Below are positions 1 to 12,682 of a stretch of DNA of 64,000 nucleotides, piece after piece; positions within the stretch are counted from its first letter, which is position 1, and every line of letters starts with the position of its first letter. Origin of the DNA: Reclinomonas americana ATCC 50394 (lineage: Eukaryota); NCBI GenBank assembly GCA_048213135.1, contig PS015439.1, forward strand, positions 1 to 64,000. The letters are read 5' to 3'. A model generated the notes under the pieces. It was not told the origin of the DNA, ran no database searches, and was given only the letters and a program-made list of their open reading frames with translations. The translations under genes and the position numbers were made by a program.

Positions 1-1
1 T

Positions 2-86
2 TTATCGCGACACTTGCCCGACGTGTCGATGGAGATGCAAGACATTGACACGCGACTCGGCGCCTTGCAGGATTTGTTGAAACGCG
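2..86 (+). CDS. Exon fragment resembling the CCDC61 C-terminal helix (LSRHLPDVSMEMQDIDTRLGALQDLLKR), on the opposite strand to the CCDC61 gene
   Basis: Frame +2 translation resembles the animal CCDC61 C-terminus (DMAEIDARLKALQEYM, from memory); followed by a possible GT donor; separated from the gene by an N-gap. Confidence 0.5.
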
Positions 87-929
87 GTCCTCGATAATGA
101 TGATGATGATGATGGACTGATGTGACATGTGTCTCGCCCAAACGCCTCTTCATTGAGTGAGTGAGAGACGCGCGACTGAGTTCTGCGAGTGCTTGTGCAC
201 GTGCATGCACACACGTGAAGGATGGAGTTCGACCGTGTGTGTGCTCTCGACGATGCGGCGCAAGCCTCGCGCAAGAATTACCCAGTCATCTCCATGACTT
301 ACACGAGGTCCATGGACTTGCTCTACTCGGGTGCGTCTTTNNNNNNNNNNNNNNNNNNNNNNNNNNNNNNNNNNNNNNNNNNNNNNNNNNNNNNNNNNNN
401 NNNNNNNNNNNNNNNNNNNNNNNNNNNNNNNNNNNNNNNNNNNNNNNNNNNNNNNNNNNNNNNNNNNNNNNNNNNNNNNNNNNNNNNNNNNNNNNNNNNN
501 NNNNNNNNNNNNNNNNNNNNNNNNNNNNNNNNNNNNNNNNNNNNNNNNNNNNNNNNNNNNNNNNNNNNNNNNNNNNNNNNNNNNNNNNNNNNNNNNNNNN
601 NNNNNNNNNNNNNNNNNNNNNNNNNNNNNNNNNNNNNNNNNNNNNNNNNNNNNNNNNNNNNNNNNNNNNNNNNNNNNNNNNNNNNNNNNNNNNNNNNNNN
701 NNNNNNNNNNNNNNNNNNNNNNNNNNNNNNNNNNNNNNNNNNNNNNNNNNNNNNNNNNNNNNNNNNNNNNNNNNNNNNNNNNNNNNNNNNNNNNNNNNNN
801 NNNNNNNNNNNNNNNNNNNNNNNNNNNNNNNNNNNNNNNNNNNNNNNNNNNNNNNNNNNNNNNNNNNTTTTCTGCGTTGTTTCGTGAGTGCACGGAATGG
901 CGGATTCGAACAAGGGACAACTCACTGAC

Positions 930-3686
930 CTCGACGTGCGAGAGGCGGGGCTCCTGCTGCTCCACCTGCTGCCGCCGTGGCGCTGTCATTGGAGGACCGA
1001 TGGCCTGCGGAGCCGGTGGACGAGGCCGATCGTTGCGACGGTGGCCGATCGCGATCCCGGCTGCCATTGGCGACGAATGCAGTGGGGCTTTCGGCTCGCA
1101 CCGGCGACGGCGTGCGACGCCATGAACTGCGCCTGTTTTTTTAGTGGTGCGGCATCAACAACAGCAACGTACTCATCATCATAAACGTACCGTTCACCGC
1201 TGCCTGTTCTCCTGGCCGCATCCACGACCGTGGCCGATGGCGAGGGCGACGGTCGCCGCGGTGATGGTCTCTGGTGCCGGGGCGACGGATTGCGCGGAGC
1301 AGCAGTGTTGGCGGAGCGCGGGGGACGACCGGCTGCCGACGATGCCGAGCCGTGACTGTCTTGCGAGAGACGACGGCGCGGATGTGCGGCGGTAGCGGAG
1401 GCCAGCGACAATGGCGGTGGGGGAGCTCCGCCCGTGCCGCTGCGACTCGGACTCGACGATGGCCTTCTCCGCGGTCGCTCCAGTGACGAGTCGCGCGAGG
1501 AAGTTCGCGGGGAACGAGATCGCGTCGATGAGTTGGATCGACGTCGCGACTCCTCTGCTGGTGCGGCGACACCACTTCTGCACGCATGAAAGTAAGAAAA
1601 AATGACGCCACGACAATCACTTTCCACATGTAACGCAACAATGACGACAATGCACTCCCGCCACCACCACTGGTGCGTCGGCCTTGCGGCGACGGCTGGC
1701 GACGGCGTGTCGGGGTCGGGGTTCGCGATGAGCGCCCACTGCCACGCGAACTGTCGCTGGCGCGTTGCGGATCACGTTCACGCATGCGTCGACGCAGCTG
1801 CGCCTCGGCCTCCTGCGCTCGCGCCAACTCTCCCAGCGTACTCTCCATCTCGCGCTTGTGGCGTGTCACTGCGCGTCGCAATTTCTCCCGCTCCACCGCC
1901 AGCTCATCCTCCAGTCGTCGCACTTGGCGCTTGGCCTTTCGCAGCAACTCGGGATCCACTCCACCACCAACATCACTACTACCACCACCACCACCACTAC
2001 CACCTCGTGACCGTAATCGCTCGATTTGCAAGCCCTGCGACCTGTGTGAGCTCGGCGACGCCATGCCTACTGCTTCTTCTCGCTCTCTCTCTCTCTCNNN
2101 NNNNNNNNNNNNNNNNNNNNNNNNNNNNNNNNNNNNNNNNNNNNNNNNNNNNNNNNNNNNNNNNNNNNNNNNNNNNNNNNNNNNNNNNNNNNNNNNNNNN
2201 NNNNNNNNNNNNNNNNNNNNNNNNNNNNNNNNNNNNNNNNNNNNNNNNNNNNNNNNNNNNNNNNNNNNNNNNNNNNNNNNNNNNNNNNNNNNNNNNNNNN
2301 NNNNNNNNNNNNNNNNNNNNNNNNNNNNNNNNNNNNNNNNNNNNNNNNNNNNNNNNNNNNNNNNNNNNNNNNNNNNNNNNNNNNNNNNNNNNNNNNNNNN
2401 NNNNNNNNNNNNNNNNNNNNNNNNNNNNNNNNNNNNNNNNNNNNNNNNNNNNNNNNNNNNNNNNNNNNNNNNNNNNNNNNNNNNNNNNNNNNNNNNNNNN
2501 NNNNNNNNNNNNNNNNNNNNNNNNNNNNNNNNNNNNNNNNNNNNNNNNNNNNNNNNNNNNNNNNNNNNNNNNNNNNNNNNNNNNNNNNNNNNNNNNNNNN
2601 NNNNNNNNNNNNNNNNNNNNNNNNNNNNNNNNNNNNNNNNNNNNNNNNNNNNNNNNNNNNNNNNNNNNNNNNNNNNNNNNNNNNNNNNNNNNNNNNNNNN
2701 NNNNNNNNNNNNNNNNNNNNNNNNNNNNNNNNNNNNNNNNNNNNNNNNNNNNNNNNNNNNNNNNNNNNNNNNNNNNNNNNNNNNNNNNNNNNNNNNNNNN
2801 NNNNNNNNNNNNNNNNNNNNNNNNNNNNNNNNNNNNNNNNNNNNNNNNNNNNNNNNNNNNNNNNNNNNNNNNNNNNNNNNNNNNNNNNNNNNNNNNNNNN
2901 NNNTGCGAGCGCGCCGTCAACACCCGCCGATCGACGCACACGCATCCTTCCTCTCTCTCTCTCTCTTTCCCTCACCTGTTGCCGCAGCATCGCATTCTCG
3001 TCGCGCAATCGTTCCACCTCGACCGACGACGACGAGCCAGTCACGCCTGTCGATGCCGACGAGGCAGCCAGCTTGGCACGCAACTCCCGAATGGTGTTCT
3101 TCAGGCGACTCGGATCGGGCGAGTCCTCAAAGAACAGCGGCAGCGGGTAGTGGATGCGATCAAACTCCATGACATAGGTCAGAATGAGGTACCTCTTGTT
3201 GGTGGATCGCGAGCCGAGCGAGGCCGACGCCCCCACCACCACACTGTTGTCGCCATTGGCGGACTTGGCCGACTGCAAGCGCGCCAGGTCCTGGAACGTG
3301 AGCAGATCGACAAACACCGAGCGCGAATCGCCCGTCAACGCCGCCAACAGCATGCGACAGAACACGGAAAACTTCTTCGCACTGCCCGCCTTGTGCGTCG
3401 TCTTCTCAATGACTGCGCGTGGCAATCGTCGTTGAGCGACACCAACGCAAACATGTATGTGTCTGTGCACGTAACATTGACGAGTGAACTCTCCTCTCCA
3501 CGAGTCTCCACTGCCTCGCTCCTCCGCTTGCACCACCAACACAGCGCGCTCATCGTCGACTTCATGCTGCTCATCGCCGCTTCCCGAGGCCGCGCCACCC
3601 ACCACACTCACACTCATGATGTAGTCGAGCCCATGAAACCGCTTCTCACTCTCCACCAACAGCGGTGTCTCGCCACCGCCACTCAT
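930..3686 (-). CDS. CCDC61: Coiled-coil domain-containing protein 61 / VFL3 (basal-body protein), multi-exon, interrupted by gaps; 3' end not reached
   Basis: Spliced translation WRGEFTRQ-F-IEKTTHKAGSAKKFSVFCRML...VDLLTFQDL...NKRYLILTYVMEFDRIHYPLPL matches the CCDC61 head domain; then coiled coil and S/R-rich tail. ATG at 3686; intron 3413-3475. Confidence 0.92.
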
Positions 3687-3798
3687 CCTCGTCTGTGTAA
3701 CGGTGCAAAAAAAGCGGCTTCCCGCGCTTTCTCGTTTGGATTTGTCCTTGAATTTTCGATCTTCACAACCTCCATCCACCATATCACACACAGGCAGC

Positions 3799-6683
3799 AT
3801 GAGTCGGCATTACACCGACGGCGTCAGTGTGATCGAGGCGCGCGTGCCTCTGCTGGATGTTGCGTGTCCTCTTTGTCGTGTGTGTGTGTATGTGTGCGCG
3901 TGCAGGCGAAAACGAGCGAGTCCGAAGATGGTCATGTCCTGGGCTCACTCTCTCTCGCTCTCTCCAGCTCTCCACTGCGTCGCAGCGGCAGGCGGCATCG
4001 GGGAGCTTTGGTCGTCCTTCTGTGCGATCGGTGCCGGGAGTGCCGACTCTGGGCGCACGAAGGTGCGTCTCTGCTCTGTCTTTCTGTGAGAGAGAAAACC
4101 GTGCGATTGATCCGATGGCGCACAGCTGGCGCGTGACTGCGCAAGTGTACACGCATGGACGTGCGCCGGTGGTCAGTGCCGCGCTGTTGGAGCCTGTGCT
4201 GCGTCGATCGTCTGTTGCGTTGCAGTCGTCTCTCCCTGCCACCAGAGTGATCGATCCCACGCTCAACACTGTCACACAGCGACTGGGAAGCACGGGTGCG
4301 TCGCCGCCACGCATCACCGAAGTCGATGATGATGGGCACACGATTCCCATGACGACGGCCAGATCGATGGATTCCATGTCGACCATGGAGGTGGCCACGG
4401 CGCGCGATGCATCGCCTCGACAGTTGCGCTTCTTGTGTGTGTGCTCTGGTGTGTGTTTCGCGCATGATCGTGACATGGTGTGCTTGGGCAGTGGTGAGTT
4501 GCCGTACTTGGAGCCCGAGGCGCCTCCGCAGGCCGAGTGGACGCGCGTGGTGCGACACGAGTCGCCGAGTATCACCAAGCGAGTGGCGGCGTCGCTCTTT
4601 TATCGAGTTGCGTGCTCACTGCGTGCGAGTCGGGTTCGTCCCACTGCTGACCATGTGCATGCATGTTCACAGACACCGGTGGTGGCTGGGGCTGCGAATC
4701 CTGCGGCGTCGCCCCGATGGAACCGACCCGACTCGAATGCGTTGGACGCGGCAGGTGGACGCCGAGTCAATGTGGTCGACACGGCGTGGGATACGGAGAG
4801 AAAGAGTCTGTCGGGTTCACAGCGCACGTCGCCGAGTCCATCGCCGCGCCCCCTGCGTCTGGATGTGCCGGGGGCGGTTGGCACGCCGACGTCAAGAGGC
4901 TCCACACGGCCGCCGACTTCTCTCTCGGCCATTGATGTGGCCTCGACGCCGCGCTCCATGTCACGCCCGGGCACATCCGACAGCCTGTTGCGACCCGAAG
5001 GTTGTTCTTCAGCTCAGTCTCCAAAGTGCGCGCGTGGACTAAACTCTGCGGGGCTTGCAGGTGCAGGATCACCGCGCTCGCAGTCACCGCACGGAGTTCG
5101 GATACCCAGACCACCGCTTATGCGCGGCATGGTGGAGCGCGACGAGCATCCGTACTCTGGCTCTGTCACCGACTTGCCGAAACCGCCACTCACCATGGAG
5201 CGTGCGAGGCAGATTGTCTCCGAGTTTCAACGAGTTGTGTAATATCGCGAATTTCATGGTGGGCGCGTATCCCCACGCTCACCGTTTGCACAGCACTTTG
5301 AGACATCGTCGGTGCCGACCACGGTGGCTCGCCAGTTGAAGATTGCCCCGCGTGGTGAGAACGGCAAGCCAGTGTCCAATAGTGTGGACGGACCCGAGAA
5401 TGTTGCGTCTTTTTTGCTCGTCGCTGACGCGGATACGTGTCTTGCTCACCCGCTGATTGTAGTTTGGCAAGCTGGCGGCCAGCATTCGCGATGGTGTTGA
5501 TTTTGTGACCAGTGCGCTGCAGTCGTCGGGTGGAGTGCAGATGCCGCTCGACACGCTGCAGTCGCTGCAAGGTGAACTGCTGGAGGCCCACGTGCGCATT
5601 CAGCAAAAGGTGAGTGCTGTCATTGTCTTGGCATGTCGGTTGCTCTTGGTTCTCACTGCTGAGTGCTGTGAAAAGATCGAGGAGACGCAAACATTAATGC
5701 TGACCGATCAAGGCATCGGCACCGACGCAGTGGCGCTGCCGGAACCGTGGCAAGACCTCACACGCACTCCCCGACACACTTTTGATCCCGCCCATGCCAT
5801 CGAGGGTATGATTCTGTTTGTGGAAAAGGACAAGCGCGGACACGTGCTGGATGAGTTGTCGGTTGCGTGCAGTACTTTTCTCGTCGCCATCCTCTGGCGT
5901 ATTCTCATGTTGCGATCGCGGCAGGGCGAGGCATTCACGGCTGTCAAGGAACTGGTCAATGAGATTGTGTACGTGTCGATTTTCGAGGGTCAGCAGCGAG
6001 AGGAAGCGCGGCGGCAGGAGCAGCTGCGCAGAGAACAAGAGGAGCGCTCTCGTCAACGTTGAGTGACCAGCAGTGCCGTCGTTTTTTTGTGGTGGTGGTG
6101 ATCACCAACTGACAAGAGATGGTGATGCAGGGGAGCTGGTGCTCTTGTCACACGAAGACTTTGACAGTCATCGACTTCGCGATTTTGAGCGGTACCTGAT
6201 GCGGCAGGCGATTGAGTGGAGGGAGCGCGAGATGGAGAGACTGCGTGCGGAGGTCAGTTGCTTTTGTCGTCCGTCCGTCGCCTCTGTCCCTTTCATCTCA
6301 CTGTGTGCACACACAGGAGGCGCGCATGGTGGTGCACGGCGCGTATGAGACTGTCATGGCATGCGTCTCGCACGCCATGTCCATGTCGCAGGCGTCGGAC
6401 ATTGATTTCTGCTCGCTGATGGTGCAGAGCTGTTTCGAGCGTGCGGTGTTTATCAGGTGGCGTTTCTCTCACCGCCCAATACGAGCAGAGTGACCGCAGA
6501 GAGGGGGATAGATAGAGAGGGAGGGAGGGAGAGGGAGAGAGGGAGAGAGAACAGGGAGAAGTTTCACCATGAAAGGGAGGGGTGCGTTTGGGAGCTGACA
6601 GTNNNNNNNNNNNNNNNNNNNNAGGTAGGAACGGTAGGAGTAGGAAGAGGATAGGAGAGACGGAGGAGAGGAGACGAGGAGAG

Positions 6684-6757
<74 letters not shown>

Positions 6758-7792
6758 AGGGAGGGAGGGAGGGAGAAAGAGAGAGAGAGAACAGGGAGAA
6801 GTTTCACCATGAATATGGAGGGGTGCTTTGGGAGCAGACAGAACACAGACAGTGAGAGGGAGAGGGTGAGTGAAATAGAGAGTGAGTGTGTGAAACGGGA
6901 GAGGGAGAGAGAGACAGTAGAGGGGTGCTGTGGGAGCAGACAGTGAGAGGGAGAGGGTGAGTGAAAGAGAGAGTAAGTGTGTGAAACGGAGAGGGAGAGA
7001 GACACAGTAGGCAGGTTCACCGTGGAAATGGAGGGGTGCTGTGGGAGCAGACAGTGAGAGGGAGAGGGTGAGTGAGAGTGAGTGAGTGAAACGGGGGACA
7101 GAGAGCGCGCGCGCAGACAGAACTGAGATAGTAACCGAGAGAGAGAGAGAAAGAGAGAGTGAGAGAGAGAGAGAGTAGAAAAAGGGAGAGATAGTGAGAG
7201 AGAGAGAGAGAGAGAAAAAGAGAGTGCCTGTGAATATGGTGCTGACGGTGAATTGTCCGTGGTTATCGCAGTGACGAGACCATCACCACGGAGATGCGTG
7301 CCATGGTGTACAGCTGCGCCAACGCGGCGATATTCCTGGTGGATGCCGGTCTGGATGACCCCGCCGACATTGGTGTGAATTGGAGACAGTCGACGACGAT
7401 TGCCATGCAGCATGCGTACAGTCATCCGATGTCTCGCGCCGGCACTGGGCACACCCATGTTGCGTCGGAGACCGAATCGTGCAGACGAGTGCTTGCAAAC
7501 CCTCACAGCTTACCCTTAACAAACACACAGGACTCGTCGGTGCAAGCCGGTGTGATGGACATGTTCGTTGACGATGAGCTTTTTGCACGATCGCGGTCGG
7601 CAGTGGATGCACGCACGGTGTTGCACGATCTGGGGTACATGCAGGGACCGCCCGCGGTGAATCTGCGACGACCCACTCGTGCGGCCTCGGCCGGTAACAC
7701 GTACCGTCGACGATCGGCACGCTCCCTCCAACCGGGCTCGGTGAGCGTGCGATTGAGACGTGGTTATTGCATGCAATCCGAATGTCGCTCAC

Positions 7793-7840
<48 letters not shown>

Positions 7841-9035
7841 GGCAGCCACACCGGCACTGGGAGACCTCTTCGGATGGCGAAGACGCTGACTTGTTCAACT
7901 TGCACACGTCACCCGCGCGCGGTCGCATTCCCAATTCACCACCAAGCAATTATCTCGGACCCGAGTTTGCCTTGCGCGTCCCGCCACACAAGGTGTGTGA
8001 ACGCAGGGGGGGCAGGGCGGGCGGGCGCCAAATGTTTCTTTTGAATACTCATCATCCCGTTGTTGGCGACAGACCTCATCACCCAGCCTCCCGAATCCCG
8101 ACCCGCAAGTTCTCTCGCTGCCCTTCTACAAGCGCTTCCGTATCTCGCGGCGCACAACGGGCACCGTGCCGCAGGGCGCCGCCAGCACACACCCGTATCT
8201 GATTGCTCGGTCGCCCACCGGTCGACCGTCCTTCCCGCTGCCGGCACCGCTGACGCACGCCAATGGGGAAGGTGAAGCTGGAGAGGAGGAGGCCATGTCG
8301 GTGGAGGTGTACGCGGAGCCACCGAGTGCACGGCGGCGGTCGTCGCGGTCACCCGCGGCACGCTCGCGCCCCACCACCGCTTCGTCGGAGCCGAGTTCGC
8401 GCACGCTAGTCACCTTTGTCAACACGGATTCCAAGGCCGCCGCTGTGTCACAACCACCACCTCCACCACAGCCACTGCCGCCGCGCCGACGCATGTATCG
8501 CGCCGCAGAACCGATTGAGGCCCTGGCGTCGCCGCCCGCGCCACCACCCAACGACTCGCCGAGCTTCCACGCCGGCCTGGATGCCGCTCGACGTGATCTG
8601 GCCGATCAGGAGACCGACTGGCAGCGCAGCAGCGTGCGCAGTCCGTCCGAGTACGAGGTGACGGACAGTGAGGCCAGCGAGGTGGAGCAGGACGAGGTGG
8701 ATGCGAACGCGGAGAGTGACACCGACAAGGAGGAGGTGGAGCACTACGGCATGTACTTTGTCGTGGACTGGCGCAACACCGTGTCGTGTGTGGTGGACAC
8801 GTTTATGCAGCAGTTGATGACGGATGTGGTGGAGGAGGTGGAGAAGTGGGAGAAGGGCGTGCTGGAGCGGGAGGATGGTAAGTGGGGGTGGAGTGGGGGA
8901 GGGAGAGAGGGAGTGCGTGCTCACTGTGTTGTTGATGCAGCTCGCAAGTCAGCGACACCGTACGGCCGCGGTCTCAAATTGGGGGGTGGCATGGCGGGAT
9001 TGCGCTCCGTTGCTCGGCGTGCCATGCGGTTCTGA
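3799..9035 (+). CDS. Multi-exon hypothetical protein (S/P/R-rich disordered regions, short coiled coil, acidic C-terminal part); start uncertain
   Basis: Chain of GT-AG-joined exons in consistent frame (donors at 4423, 4607, 5234, 5402, 5610, 5862, 6058, 7459); stop at 9035. No family recognised. Confidence 0.65.
6495..7225. repeat. Purine-rich (GA)n microsatellite plus degenerate minisatellite inside an ~810-nt intron
   Basis: (GA)n run ~6690-6750; unit GAGAGAACAGGGAGAAGTTTCACCATGAA twice; unit GAGGGGTGCT(G/T)TGGGAGCAGACAG..GAGAGGGAGAGGGTGAGTGA about three times. Confidence 0.85.
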
Positions 9036-9287
9036 GGATGGGCGTTGTGAAGCAAAAGCAGATTGTTTAAGAGCGTGTGATATCGATGTAGATGAATGTG
9101 GACAGATGATATGTTTCGTGTGTACTGGGATGGTGGTGGCGATGGTGGAAGAAGTGGTGTCTCGTGGTGTGGTATCAAAAGGGCGGTGAGATGCGGTCGC
9201 AGCTGCGGCTCGTCGGAATTTTGACACAATTTTAACAACGACGGAACACAGCACTGGACGCACGTGCACACCGAGACGCGCGTAGCA

Positions 9288-12200
9288 ATGCGAGCGGCAT
9301 TCATCACTGTGCTTGTGCTTACCGTTGTTGGAGTGGCGCTTTACAGGTGAGGGAACAGCATCGCGTGTGTGTACGTACTAGTCGGTGTGAGAGCACACAC
9401 AAGGGCGTGGTGCATTTCAGCGCGTCGGTATACTTCTTCGGCTGGCAGTCGAGAGCTGGCGCAGCATATAATGTCTCGCGGCTGGCGCGCGAAATCGGTG
9501 AGTTGTGCACATGTGGTCGCATCTTGACTGTGCATGCATTCCTCCGCTCACTCTACTGCCATGCCGATTCTTGTCAACAACACAGGCGACTCGACGCTGG
9601 CGCTGACAGAGCGCCTCGGGGCGTTTCGCGACGAACTCGGCAGTGCATGTGACGAGCTGCAGCTGGAGCTCGATGCGCGGTGGGCGAATACTGGCGTGAA
9701 TCGTTTGTCTGCGGATCACGTTCTCCTGGCATGCAAGGATGCGCTGGTAAGGGCTGTCAAGTTCACTCTGTGGGAATCGCTGCGCGCAGCACGTGTGTGG
9801 ATAACGTACGATGTGTTGTCGACAACAGTCTGTACTCAAAGCCACCGGCGATGGCACCGAGAGAGACATAATCGAATCAGTGCGCGCTCGTGCGCAAACA
9901 TTCGAGGAAGAAGTGACTGTTGAGTGACCAGTGCAGTGTTCCACCGATGGGTGTTGCGCACTGACGCTTCACGTCACCTTGGTGCACAGAAATACGCGGA
10001 GCAGGAGTTTATCAAGCATGCGCACACGGTCTCATCGAGCCCGTTGGAGATATTCAGCAAGTTGCCCGAGTCGTGGAAAGCCCTGCAGCCCAAGTTCAAC
10101 AACCTTCGCGAACGACACCAACGGCTTGAAGAGCAAACAAGCTGGAGGCCAGCTGTACAGGTCGCCATCTCGACTTTGTGGGTGGTCTATGGTGTTGCGG
10201 TTGCCATTCTTATTGCGAGACGGTGTTCGCGAGGAGACCAACCAGCGCCCGCGCCACCGTTGCCTCCACCTCCACCAGCTGTGCCGAGGGAAAACGAAGA
10301 GAGACCGGAAGAGGACGCGGCAGTGGGTGAGTGCAGAGGTGGTTTGCTTTCTTGCAGCAGCAGCTCTCACTGTGGGATGCGCCGAGGAAGACAACGGCGA
10401 TGACGACGCGCCGAAAGTCCGCAACCTCAACCTTGTACACCAACAACGACGTCAGCAACAACCTGTCCACCATCGTCATCACCTGCATCATCCTCAGCAG
10501 CAGGGCCACGTGCAACAACGACGAGTGGTGGTACCACGTGCGGACAATGGTGTGGTGCGTGAACCTTCGGCATTTCCAGGGAATGCCCTTGATCAATTCT
10601 GATTACTTGGCGCAGTGCACCTTCTGGCGCGTAATGGCACTTGTGCTGCTCGGCATTGCGCTGCTGGTATTCACTGTTGGATTTTACAAACGTGCGTAGT
10701 GTCTCGTTTTGTTGTGTCGTCCCGCTGTGTGCTGGTGTTGTGTTAGCTCACCCCTTCCGCGCTCTCGGGCACAGTACGTTGGTTCTCCATGTCCGTTGCC
10801 CCACTCGCGGTGCGGTCACTCAATAAGTGCGAATCGATGAGAGCAGACCTCTCTCGCCACTGTGAGGCGCTTCAAGGTTCTATCAATGAGCTGCGAAATG
10901 GCTTTGGCATGTTTGTGAAGTACGAGAGCTTAATGTGCGTTACTGGTCGCTTCTCGTGTCGCGCAGTTCTACAAAAATTGATTTAGTTGGTGTCGCGATG
11001 TGTAATGCAGGACACAGCAAATGATTGAAACATCGCTGCAGGTTATCCGAAACACCAGTCCTTATGCGCCACGTGCTGTATACGAGACGCACATATCCAA
11101 GGCTCTGGCAACTCTTGAATCACAGGAGGTGCCGACATGTTTCCTCTTTATTCTTGCTGGTGGTACTCTCGATTGAATTTGTGGTCAACCTCGCAGCGGG
11201 GCCGGTGCGGGAAGCATGTGGCGCCAGTGTTGAACGCTTTGCGGGAATACCAACGATATGTGATGAAATTTGGAGACGAAATTGTGTCAGTGCTCAGGGA
11301 CGCTCACGAAATGACCAGGCTAGTACACTTGTATTTCAGTTCTATGTATGTGCTCTCCAAACACTGAATTCTTCTATTTGTTGCTTGCAGTTTATTCCGT
11401 GAGAAAATGCATTTTTTCCAGGAGCACGCAGAAAGGGGTAAGTCGCTGTGACGCGTACGTGCTGATACCGTGACCTCGATCTCGACCTCACACTGCCATG
11501 CGCAGGCGATGTCCACATCACTGATGCTCTTCTCGAGACCATGCATCGTAAGTACAAGGAGATGCGGGCTGGCGTGCTTGGCTCCGAAAAGAAGCTGATG
11601 CCTATCAGCACTGCCAACGAGCAGGTTTGAAACTCAGTTGCTGTAGATCAGTTTCTTGGGGTTGAATGGCAGTATTCTTGCAGGTCAAGGCACAGCAGGA
11701 ACTGGCGGAGCCGGGTATTGAAAATGCTATTGATCGCTCTCGAAGGCCAGCAATTGTCGGTGCTATCGCCGGTGCTTTGGTTGCCGTTTTTGTTGCGTCT
11801 GCTTGCTGCAAGTGGGTCTTGCAACGTTGAAACTTGGATACATGTATTGCTGCTGTTCACGCGTACGCTTTGAAAAATAACTATTTTCGATATCTTGTCG
11901 ATGCAGAATCCGGTGGCTGGAGCTGTAGTACTAGCAGCCGACGGTGGCTATGCGGTGCACAATGAGAGCACATTCGTCCGAGGTCTGTGTTTATATTGTG
12001 TGGGTTGATTATTTCTTGCCAACCACCACTCGCACCACTGAAATGAATGCATTAATGCTTTGCAGATTGCAAAGCAGTAGTGGGAGTGCTGCAAGACCTT
12101 CGTGATTCTATCACAAAGGCATGTACACGTGCTGTGACGTGCTTATCTCACTCATCATCTTAACTTGGCAGTCATCACATCATGTAGGACGACGAGTCTG

Positions 12201-12571
12201 TTCGCGAAGCCAGTGATGCGTTAATTGCGACGGAGACTGCGCTCAATATGGTGCTGGAAGGCATTCGTACCAGCCACAAGGCTTTTGAAAGCGTCAATCC
12301 GTTGAGGTTGACTGCGGCCAGAAAGCAACAAGCAGGTATCAATTATTTCGACATCACCGACATTGACGAAGCCGAAGACTTGCGCGGCAAGTTGGATCGA
12401 CTCATCGAAGAAGCCAGCGACGACGACGAGTTGCTAATCCGGATTGCCATTGAGGCGTTGCAGCGAGACCATAGCCTACTGGAAGGTGCGGTGGAGCGAA
12501 TTCAGGAGGCAATCGGCATCAACATTCAAGGAACGGCGGATAGACAGCCTGTGAGAGGCCAGCTACAATGA
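9288..12571 (+). CDS. Family A copy 1: ~730-aa membrane protein (signal peptide, helical N-domain, TM1, Pro/acidic/His-Gln loop, TM2, helical domain with hydrophobic hairpin); 16 exons
   Basis: All 16 exons join in frame at the same intron positions as copies 2-4; N-terminus MRAAFITVLVLTVVGVALYS; GC donors at 11319 and 12119; the exon-6 CAG acceptor is mutated but an in-frame AAG lies 6 nt downstream. Confidence 0.85.
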
Positions 12572-12682
12572 CAACAATTGTACATGAGCAGTATCGCTCA
12601 CTGATGTCGTCACCCCCATCATACATATATACAAAACTGCATGTAAGCGCATCTCCATGAACACTCTCATACATGACTTTCA

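Noticed and set aside
929-1144. Plus-strand open frames next to the first gap
   Set aside because: Better explained as the antisense of an S/R-rich CCDC61 exon with proper minus-strand splice sites.
341-2903. Long ORFs crossing N-runs here and elsewhere
   Set aside because: Artefacts of translating gaps.
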